Shown here: piece by piece, positions 49,401 to 60,067 of the stretch
Numbering within the stretch: the first letter of the stretch is position 1
Layout of the letters: each line of letters starts with the position of its first letter
Assembly (NCBI GenBank): GCA_003427395.1
Contig: BFEA01000034.1
Span: 1,574,997-1,638,996 of the forward strand
Length of the DNA stretch: 64,000 nt
Reading direction: 5' to 3'
From: Chara braunii
Taxonomy: Eukaryota > Plantae > Charophyceae
The notes under the pieces: generated by a model
What the model saw: the letters and a program-made list of their open reading frames with translations, nothing else
Database searches by the model: none
Told to the model about the DNA's origin: nothing
Position numbers and translations under genes: made by a program

Positions 49401-52400
49401 CACCTAAGCTTGTAGAGCGGTCTGCCTCCTGCCAGAATTACTCTTTCAGAATAAACAGGGGAAGGGCTAAACCACCTAAGCTTATAGAGCGGTTCAGACC
49501 TCCTCGTTCATAAACAACTAAGCCAAAAGAAAACCCCAAGTAAACAAGGCAACCCAAGGTACCTAAACTTATAGAGCGCCTTGGGTCTCTGAAAATCACT
49601 CACAGTCAGCCCTCACAGTCAGAGGGTCAGGGCACCTAAACTTATAGAGCGTCGTGACCCTTCATGCAATTCACAACACCGGGTCTCCCCAAACTTATGG
49701 GGACTTCCCAGCCTTCAGAGTTACAGGCTACCTAAACTTATAGAGAAGTCCGATGCTTCATGCAGAACCAAAATAAACAAAGCGTTGAACTTCCCCAAAC
49801 TTATGGGGACCTCCCAGCCTCAACGACCCAATCAGACTGCTCACAATACTGCCTTCCTCCCAACCTCCCTCTCCAGATGCAACCCCTTTTTGTTCACAAT
49901 CTGCTTTCAGGTAATCAACAAGGCTGAAACCGAGGTTGCACACACGTTCCTTTACTTAGTCTGACTTCAAGTCATGAAAGTCAAACCAACATCAGAGTAC
50001 AGGATTCACGCAATACACTCAGTCAAACCATAGAAGGACGTATAACTAAGGATTATAGTTGGTTTATAAAAAGGGTCAGGGAATTACTGCTCAGTTCCCT
50101 GCCTCCATGACTCCTCCTGGGTCCCGACAGAGCTCCCGCAATCGGTGGGGCGAACCTCCCACAGAGGCCTTGGCCCGGATTACGGGTTGCAATCCCACCT
50201 GCCGCCTTCCTCTCAGGACGAATCAGACTAGACTCAGAGGAAGAAGGACAGAAAAAGAAAGTGTGAGACTCTCAGATCCAAGAGAGTTACACTCAGACTC
50301 ACACGAGAAGGCCTTCTTGTCTTCCGCGCCTGAGGGCCCCGCAACGATGGCCATAACACACAGCAGCTTGGTCAATCCGTAGTCAAACTGCTGAAACAGA
50401 CCCTTCCTGACGGCTCCCAATTCGCAGTGATAACCTCCTTCCTCAAGCCGCAATACCGCCTCCCTAGCCCGGGCTCTCACCACGCAGCCTAGTTCATCTG
50501 AGTTCCATAAAGTACACCCCCTCCTCCCTTATTCTCTCGCCATAGCCTGTAGCTGGTTCGCCTTAGTAGAGCAAACGGTGCTCCGGTCAACAGAAACTTT
50601 GCAGCCACCATGGCTGTCGCACGTGTTGTGCGCCAACGGTCATGTAAAGTAGACATATACAGTCGGTAGCCTGTCAGTCTGTTCAGTGTATACTATGATC
50701 GAAAACACAGCAATGCACAGGACCCGTATAGTAGCTCAAGAGGCGCAGCACAACACTGTCTCGTCAATGCCAAAGCGCAGGCCTACAGCAGCAAATGCAG
50801 ATACATGCAAATCCCAAGCCCGTCGAGCACCTGCCGAGACCTGATGGGAGCAAGATATTTTCTTTTCACCCGAGACCACGGGCCAGCTCCCGCTGATACA
50901 CCACGCTGCCCCCAAACCATAGGTAATTATTCTCTCCTCAAAATCTGACTGCCGCTGCGGGTAGTCACGGCAATACCCAGTAAGGCACAGTAGTGACATT
51001 GGTCTCAGCAGTACGGCCCCGATGCCAACGATCTTAAGTCCAATCCGACCGCACCATCTTAGGACCCGCCGCTGTAGCCAACGGCTCGCTGCTGCAACCG
51101 TCAGTAGCTCCCCCAACTGAGCTAGTGGGGGGCCAGTGTGGTAGGAGCAGAAACAGCCTTCTCCTCCAATCGCATCAAGCAACAGCTTAACGAGCCCCTG
51201 CAGTTGCTAGCAGCGCCCAGCTTTTATCACTACCCGCGCCAAGTGAAAATGAATCTTCCGCTGAGACAGGACCGGATACATCCAGCAAGTAGCCCCTTTC
51301 TCCTCGCTCCCTTCTTACTTCTCCTCAACTCTCCCTTTCTCCGCACCGTGCTAGCTCGCACATCCACTCCCGTTTAGCAATCAGCCCGATTCCTCGTCGC
51401 TGCTAGATGCGAGCGCACGTCTTCCACCCAACGATTTCACGCATGGACTTTGCAATCCGCCGATATGCCAAGCCACAGGTCGCCCCGCGCAGCTTTTAGG
51501 ACAAAATTAGCCAAAACCGAATGTATCTATCCTTAGAGGGGGACCGGAAGCATGCGCGCTTTATAGCCAGAGAGGAGTTACTTCCATTCGACAAAGCAGG
51601 CAAACCCGAGTGTATCTACCGCTGGGATATGGCTCTATACATCCATCCCCGCCCTGAGGTAAGTATTCCTTGGCTCCCACGCTACTCCATCGATCAAATG
51701 ACCGACATCGAATGTACTCCCCGTCAGAAAGCGGACGCATTCATAGCCATCTCGATGCCCTTCGCGCTATACGCACACCCCGGGCAACGGGTATGCTCCC
51801 GAACATGCGACTACTCTCTCGGCACTACCATCGATAGGATGGGTAAACGAATGGATGTCCCCCTAAAACGTAGGGATATACATCGTTATTTCAAGCAGCA
51901 AACCCCTCCCACGCGCAGCCCATACCCCCAGTACCACTTAGCCTACCTCCTAACTTCTAAATCCGACTCCATCACCGGATTCGCCCGACTTCAAACCCCC
52001 CTGACTGCTACTTCCCCTCGCCCAATCCCGCTAAAAATTCCCACGAACCAACTAGCTTCTACCCACCTTCTCGACTTTCCTCTACACTCACACGCAGCAC
52101 CTTTCTCTACTAAGTCCTTCTCTACTAACTCTCTACCAATCCTGACTTCAGAATCGGGGTCGCGAGCCCCGAAAACCCCCGCTCAGCAACTTAGTTTGTC
52201 AACAACGGCCAAGAAACGGCCGAGTAAGCGAACTTTCACTCCCGCCATTTCTTCCCTCCGCCATAACCTCACGCAACAACTTTTTCGACTGACTCCTTTT
52301 CTACTAATCTTCTACTAAATCTAACCCCATCATTGAATTCGCCCGGGGTCAAAACGCCGTGAACGACTCTTCCCTCCTCCAAATCCGCTCGGAAATGAGC

Positions 52401-53984
52401 GGGCTATGCCCGTTTTCTCCCTCTCCTTCCATACCCCGGCGCACTAACTTTCCCTCCTAACTCCTTTTTCACTCCTCCATCCGCCATTCTGACTCTACCA
52501 TCGAACTCGCCTGCTCCCAAAACCCCAAATTCCACTCCCCCCTTTCCCGTTTTCGTCAAGGATCGCGCAGGCAGCCCCGTTTCTGTTGCGCCTCACCCAC
52601 CTCTCTGCCATCTCCAGCCTTCCTCTACTCCGCGTGCACCCGTCGCGGCTCCCCGTCCCAGTTCATTCCCTTCCTTTGTTGCCCTGGGCTCCTCGCCTGC
52701 GCCACACTGCGCGTTACCCCGGACACCTCGAAGGCCTCAACTGATATAGGCGGTGGGACGGTGGCCATCGAAGTCGACGTCCGCTACGGAGTGCGTAACA
52801 ACTCACTGGCCGAATCAACCAGCCCCGGCCGCCGGTACACTGCCGCGGTGCGCGCTTTCTGCACGTCTATCGTGGTGACTCATCCCACACCAGCCAACAG
52901 GAAAAACGCGGGCCTGCTACTCCGCCTCTTCAGAATCCCAACGGGCTTACTGGCACCCACGTCTTCTACAGCAGATTGCGGGATCGAGGGCGCGGCCCTA
53001 CCGCTCTTCCTGAAGCCTGGGCTCAGGTGGCATGGGTCCCAACCCAGATCTTGGTGGCTCCAGTGGGCACTTTGGGGGCCAGAGTGGAAACGGGCACCAT
53101 GTGAACTGCGTCATGCCGTAGTACCGCTGTGGGGCACTGGCCACTGTGCCTCAGACATACTTCACCATCTACCGGGTCCCATGAGCATGCTCACGCTCAG
53201 GCCTCTCGCAGCAGAATGTGGGCGGCGGGCAGTACGCTTGCAAAAGGGCCCCGCCACTCAGTTTTCCTCCGCCTCGTGGACTAATCACCCACCAGTCCGT
53301 ATGTGTGCCGAACCCCTCGGTCCGCGTTTTCAAAACAGGGAGGATAGAGAAATTTGTCGGCATTCCAAGCACGCTGGAACCCGAATGACCCATCGAAAGA
53401 GGCGCTAGCTCAAAGTCCCTGTCCAGTGTCCCCACCGGCGCCCCTTAAAAACCGACCCAAAGAGGGCAAACTCAAAAAAGATAATAATAAGGTCGACAAT
53501 CAACCCTCGACGTTGTGCAAGTCTGGGATTCTGCGGGCCACACCCTGTCGTCGATACCCCCGCGCGTGCCGAGCCCTCGCTCCTACCGTGCGGAGGCCTG
53601 GCGCGCGTCCTATCTCCCGCACACTCCACTCGTCGCACTGTCGCTGTCGATGCCGTCCTCCACGCACGCGCCCTTGTCTCGGTCAAACGTGCCAATCAAC
53701 AAAAAAAACATCCTTAAATCCTAGTTTAATCAAGAATAGATAAATAATAAAAACAAAGCGACCGGCATCTGTGCCGGCCTTATAATCAACAACAAGGGAA
53801 GAAATCACGCGCGCCTTAAACCTGCGCGTCCACGCACTCTCTACTTCTGCATATTCTAGTCAAACCTTCCAGTCAACCCCCTGCCGCGACTTGCGCGGCC
53901 TTCTCAAAAATTCCGAACCGAATTTATTTTCGGTCACTTGCGAAGACCAGGGCAGATACCCTTGTAAGGGTATTCGCGCTGACA
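46423..53984 (-). mobile_element. Complete ~7.56-kb solo LTR (copy C) inserted in the satellite
   Basis: Termini TGTC...GACA. ACGT duplicated at 46419-46422 and 53985-53988. Removing the element restores the satellite unit GAAGTACGTTTTCGGTAC. No PBS, gag or RT inside. Confidence 0.92.
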
Positions 53985-54260
53985 ACGTTTTCGGTACACC
54001 GAAAGCACTTCTGGATATGACTCCGCAAAAAATACTAAGTAAAACACCGGAATCCCGGAGTGTGTTTTAAGTACTGAAACACCGAAAGCACTTCGGGGTA
54101 TGCTGTATTAAACACCAAAATCCCAAAGTATGTTTTGGGTACCAAAACACCGAAAGCACTTCGGGATATGACCCCACAAAAAAATACGGAGTAAAACACT
54201 GAAATCCCAAAGTGCGTTTTCAGTAGCGAACCATGAAAAACACTTCGGGATATAACTTCC
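53985..54260 (-). repeat. Continuation of the satellite array after the solo LTR
   Basis: The same GGTACCGAAACACCGAAAGCACTTCGGGATAT units resume. Confidence 0.9.
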
Positions 54261-56499
54261 CATAGCTAGTAAGTTAAATCCCGAAACCAGTTTTCGGTGT
54301 TCACAAAACCCGAAGTCATAAATGGACCTTTTGTCTTCACCAAACCCAAACACTGATTTCGGTAACTTGGTTTAGCGAGTTCGGTAACATTTCGCTAACA
54401 AGCTTTGATGCTAGGTTCAACGAATTTTTCGGGGTCCATTGACCACGAGTGCTTCATGCTGGGAAAGCATGAAGTTGGGTGTACCTCATGGCCAGGTTCA
54501 TGCTTTCCAAGTATGAACATAGCACCGGTTGAGCCTGACCCTAAAGGAAGGGGATGGTGGAGCGACAGGCAGGTTCTTTTTCTTCTTCTTTGCTTTTTTA
54601 AAAATAGATCAGCCCCAATGCCCAAGGCTCGTTTTTTTTTGTTTTTTTTTTTTTTTAACCAAAACCTCTTATGGGGGGGATTAACAGTTGAGTAAGTGAT
54701 AAAAGCATCCTCCTCAAGTGGCTTCCCTATTGGAGGGCTAGGCCTTATTTTTCGAGAAATGCACACCATTACTCCAACCCAGGCCCCACTCACCCTGCCC
54801 CTCCACTTCCGGCCTACCCCCCAGTCTGTCACCCCTTCACCGCCCCCTCTACTTCCAACCTACCCTCGGTCTGTCAACCCTCCGCCCCTGCGATGCACTG
54901 AAACTGAACCTGACCCCCAACCTACCCCTTCACCTCCAACCCCCACTTACCCCCTGTCAGCTACGCCCGCCCCCCCTGCCCTACACTAACACTGAACCCA
55001 CTCCCTCTCCCCAGACCCCACGGCATGTCCACCCTCTACCAGTTGCTTTCTCGCATCAGCCCTCCTCACTACCAAGCCTGCCAACCCCGTACCATCTCCT
55101 GTCTGCCAACCAGGAATGATTTTTCAAGCAAATAGCAAGCACCATAACAAAGTGGGCTAAAGTCTGGGAACAACATGGAAGAGGGACCTAGGGCAGCCAG
55201 GGAAAGATATAACAAGAGGCAAGACAGAGGTAGAACAAGGAAGGATTCTCAGTATAGACGTGGGGTAGGCGCTAAACCAGGGGTCTTGTCGGCTAGCTCA
55301 GTAGGTTTCATGCCTGAGTGCCACCATGTAGGTGTTGGGTTCTATCCACGTTGCCGTCAGTTTCAGTGGCCTGAGGAAGATTGTTGGGCACGGCCGGTTA
55401 ACATTGGTTACTCGCTGGGGTGAGTTCTGCTGCCGTGTAACCCGTAGCAATGCGGGAGCATCAGGCCAAGTGGAAGTGGCCGCTCAGGTCGTGCTGCGGC
55501 CGGTCGGGACGCACCCACTACGCATCCAATCAAAACAACTCTCAAGTTCAGTTCTCACTCAGTATCATCATAGCTGACAAGCCTGACATCCATGGCTGGA
55601 ATACCACACCTACCGTAGGCCACCAGGGAGGAGACCCTCAATTTCACAATACTTCCACAATGGCAAGTCAAGCTAGGTCAGTGTACCAGGTCAGACAGGA
55701 ATCCCCTTTGGTTTAAAAGGGCAACCACTGCTGTCTCAGAAACAACTTTTCTCTGCAGAATTCTTACCTTCCTTCATAATGCCTACCTTCCTTCACTCCC
55801 TATGCTTCTCTTCCCATGGATGCCTCGTTCTTTGTGTTTTGCGATCTGCTTCCTGGGTGGGATGCATGGGCTGTGGGACAATGATGGATGATGTGGCGAG
55901 ATAAGGGAGAGGAAAGGGTAGGGTCTAGAGGAGGAGAAGGGTGAAGGAGGGAGAAGAAGGGGAGAGGCAGGGGGGCATAAGGTGGTAGAGAAAATAGGGG
56001 GCATTCTCGCTGCCTGGCGAGCTTGTTGTTTCAAGGACAATCTATACTCGTTTTTTCTTTCTCGTTAGTGAATTTTCTCATTGGTAGACTGACTCACAGG
56101 CAGACTCGCTGTTTCGGCGGCCCTTACTGAACAGACAGTCTTGTCCCTCATCATTGATTCAATCAATCTTTATTATCAACTCATCTTTCATCATGAAATC
56201 AATCAATCACAAGTATTCAGACGAGTAACAATCTAATTAAATATCTATAATAAATTCCTAATTAATTTTTCGTGTATTCCTAATTCCTCGTAACTCTCAA
56301 ACTATGGATCTTCGCTATTAATTAACTTGAAGGGTATTATTTAATACCTAAATTATTTGCTACTTAATTTTCGAATCTTTCCATTTTCTCTAGCATCTAT
56401 ACATCAGTTATTCTACTTAACATCAAATATCTGGTCTTCTAAGTTTCACAACCACTGTCAATTCTTCCACTTCATTATTTTCTCTATTTCTCCTCTCTG

Positions 56500-57473
56500 T
56501 GCTTCGATGTTAATTTCTGATGATTGGAGGATCGTGGTAATAAGGGAGAGCTTGACTCTGCAAGGCACAAGGTGGGAAGTGCCATCGTGGAGGGAGTGCG
56601 GACAGATTTAGGGGGTTACCCCCCTAGTCTGGGGCTGGGGTGGAGGTACTCATCCCAGCGGGGGCAGATTAGGGTAATGGGTGGGTAGAGGCATACTTTG
56701 GGAGAGAACTGTGTGCCTTGAAGGATAGGGGAGGGGACTGTGGATCTGTCCCAAGTTGGGGCTAAGATGGGTTAACCATTTCGGTGGAGGCAGCTTTAGG
56801 ATAGGTTGGCGAGAAGGGAAGCGGGAGGGGAGTTTCTTTTCCAATCTCTGTGTAACAGTGCTATGCTTGTGACTAGGAGATAAACGGTTGTCTTTAAAAG
56901 ATGCAGGACAAGCATAATACATCATCGTCATCATCATTAGCATTATCATCATCATTAAAAAAGGAGCTACGTCGTGCTTATCTGGTCGACTTATAATCCT
57001 ATGCGACATTTGGTTTTCTTCTCATAACGGATGTAGGATTTTAGAGATGGTAGAATCCTAACCGACGTCTTACTAAGCGTTGGTGTTTTGTGCTCTCAGT
57101 TTGCCGATGCTAGAACGACGCTGGCCGATGCTAGAACGACGCTGGCCGATGCTGGGGTATAGCCTTGTGACCTGCGGTAGCAGGAACGTGAGGCCTGATA
57201 GAGAGATCTGGGGATTTGTCGAGGAAGGAAGACAATCCAGTGGTGAACCGGAGGTGCTGATGTGACAACCAAAGGGGTTGGGTTTTGTCTAAGCAGTGAT
57301 AACACGTCATCTATAGTAGGTATTGGATGGGATTATACTGTCTTCGAGCGTTGCATTTGGTACAGGGGAGAGGCTAAAAGTTGAGCATAAAATGTGTGGC
57401 CAGGTTACGCTGAGGTAGTTTCCATTTTACCATAGATCTCATATACATCTCACATTAAAAAAAAAAAAAAAAA
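56500..57473 (+). mobile_element. Probable LINE 3' fragment ending in poly(A)
   Basis: ORF end DDWRIVVIRESL...W* resembles LINE ORF2 termini, followed by a G-rich 3' UTR, a 21-bp tandem at ~57102-57152 and an A-tract at 57457-57473. Confidence 0.45.
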
Positions 57474-57487
57474 GGGAGGGGCGATAC

Positions 57488-57620
57488 TTTTTTTTTTTTT
57501 TTTATGCTCTTGTTGTCTCTAAAAAATTGGACTCTTTCTTGATTTATGTGCGTCATCCTTGCTGAAGGACCATGCTAATCTTCTCTGTATCATTTAATTT
57601 TAACGGATGTCCCAAAGGAT
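57488..57620 (-). pseudogene. U6: U6 snRNA retrocopy with a 17-nt foreign tail, poly(A) and TSD
   Basis: 57521-57620 is the reverse complement of near full-length U6 (ACAGAGAAGATTAGCATGGTCC...AAGGATGACGCACATAAATC). Tail AGAGACAACAAGAGCAT plus ~A16. Flanking GGAGGGGCGATAC / GGAGGGGCAATAC. Confidence 0.88.
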
Positions 57621-57811
57621 AAGGAGGGGCAATACTAATTAGGCTATGTCAAGATTTTTTTGTTTTCTACAATCCTAGACAACTTCTGGTTTTCCTCTTA
57701 TACCGGTTGCAAGATTTTTGGGATGGCAGAATTATGGCTGATGCCTTGAAAAGTTGTGATGTTTTGTGCCCCTGGTTTGCCGAATGCCAAAACGACGCTG
57801 CCCGGTACTGG

Positions 57812-58275
57812 AGAGAAGGTTAACAACAGTCGTATTTTTCATCACCACTTCAAGACACCCTTCACCGCTTCAGCCTGCCTAAACAGGTGGTTTTCAGGGT
57901 ATTCGGACCTTTCACCACTTCATGACCATTCAGGTCTGAAAATTCTGAATGGTCCGGAAGTGGTGAAAACTCCGAAGACCCTGAAAACCACCTGTTTATG
58001 TAGGCTGCATCCTCAAATGGTGAAGGGTGGTTTTCATGGTCTTCAAACCTTTTACCACTTCAGGACCATTCAGGATTTTCAGACTGCCTAAAACTCTCAC
58101 TTGACCACTTCAGGACACCTTCACCACTTCAGGATACAGCCTGCCTAAACAGGTGGTTTTCAGGGTCTTCGGACCTTTCACCACTTCAGGACCATTCAGG
58201 ATTTTCAGACTGCCCCAAACTCTCACTTCAAAATTTTCATTCCTGAATTTTCAGCTACTTGATAACCGCTTGTGA
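57812..58275. repeat. Foldback / internally repetitive insertion
   Basis: Inverted repeat ~57850-58035 (GCCTGCCTAAACAGGTGGTTTTCAGGGT...CATTCAG / CTGAATGG...ACCCTGAAAACCACCTGTTTATGTAGGC) plus a direct copy at ~58105-58225. Confidence 0.7.
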
Positions 58276-58306
58276 GGTGCTGGGGTGTATCCCTGTGACC
58301 TGTTGT

Positions 58307-59121
58307 NNNNNNNNNNNNNNNNNNNNNNNNNNNNNNNNNNNNNNNNNNNNNNNNNNNNNNNNNNNNNNNNNNNNNNNNNNNNNNNNNNNNNNNNNNNNNN
58401 NNNNNNNNNNNNNNNNNNNNNNNNNNNNNNNNNNNNNNNNNNNNNNNNNNNNNNNNNNNNNNNNNNNNNNNNNNNNNNNNNNNNNNNNNNNNNNNNNNNN
58501 NNNNNNNNNNNNNNNNNNNNNNNNNNNNNNNNNNNNNNNNNNNNNNNNNNNNNNNNNNNNNNNNNNNNNNNNNNNNNNNNNNNNNNNNNNNNNNNNNNNN
58601 NNNNNNNNNNNNNNNNNNNNNNNNNNNNNNNNNNNNNNNNNNNNNNNNNNNNNNNNNNNNNNNNNNNNNNNNNNNNNNNNNNNNNNNNNNNNNNNNNNNN
58701 NNNNNNNNNNNNNNNNNNNNNNNNNNNNNNNNNNNNNNNNNNNNNNNNNNNNNNNNNNNNNNNNNNNNNNNNNNNNNNNNNNNNNNNNNNNNNNNNNNNN
58801 NNNNNNNNNNNNNNNNNNNNNNNNNNNNNNNNNNNNNNNNNNNNNNNNNNNNNNNNNNNNNNNNNNNNNNNNNNNNNNNNNNNNNNNNNNNNNNNNNNNN
58901 NNNNNNNNNNNNNNNNNNNNNNNNNNNNNNNNNNNNNNNNNNNNNNNNNNNNNNNNNNNNNNNNNNNNNNNNNNNNNNNNNNNNNNNNNNNNNNNNNNNN
59001 NNNNNNNNNNNNNNNNNNNNNNNNNNNNNNNNNNNNNNNNNNNNNNNNNNNNNNNNNNNNNNNNNNNNNNNNNNNNNNNNNNNNNNNNNNNNNNNNNNNN
59101 NNNNNNNNNNNNNNNNNNNNN
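58307..59121. other. Assembly gap (N run)
   Basis: Run of N. Confidence 1.
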
Positions 59122-59132
59122 GTGCTGAATAC

Positions 59133-59150
59133 CACATCTAGATGTGTATA

Positions 59151-59158
<8 letters not shown>
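59133..59158. other. Partial Nextera mate-pair adapter (artefact)
   Basis: CACATCTAGATGTGTATAAGAGACAG at a contig edge. Confidence 0.95.
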
Positions 59159-59223
<65 letters not shown>

Positions 59224-60067
59224 AAGTCACACTGTCTACTATATTTTTCTGACAAGTGCTGCTCGGTTACATCGTTTGTTTTTGCCTCCCAAGAAATGCT
59301 CCAAGATTCATGCATAGCATTGTGGCTCGCATGACAAGGCTACTTCGAACAACTTCCCTGGCGAATTGCAACTGCCAATCAGATTGATTGGTTCATTCAT
59401 ACATTACGAGGCCTGTTTAACATCAGTGGCACTCTTACATTTGAAGGCGGCTTCAAACAACTCGGCCCAACCAGTCGTCAATGACATCGTTCAGGGTTAT
59501 CAAACTTACACTAACGCACATACACACATGAACTTGCATACACAGAGGTCAGAAGTCAACACGTAAGCACATGGGATACAGACAAGATCGATTGAACAAA
59601 AACATATTGGGAGAAAACATTAAACAAACTCAGAATTGAAAGTTTTTGCAAAAAGATCAACGGGACAATGGACAATATTTGCTTATAAAGTTCATAGTTC
59701 TCAGACAGCAGCTTTGTGGGTCCGTACAAAAGATAAAATAAAAATTGATAATGAGAAGGTGACGACTTTGCAATCAAAACATACAGTAAAAAGGTTTGGA
59801 GGTACTCCCTCATGGTTTTTTACCAGCGGAATTTTATCAGTTTTTCTGTTTTTGCGGGTGAAGCCGCAGCTTGTACTAAGTAATTGATGATAATCGCAAT
59901 TTTGAAATTTTTATATTTTTTAGAGTGTGTTGTCCGCCTTGTTTTTTTATTTGATGGAGGCAGTGAAAAAAATCTATTTCGTCTGGGACATATTATATGC
60001 AATCTTATGATGTCTGAAATTTGACTGTGTTAACAATAATATATTTACACTCTGGTTCAGCAGGGTT

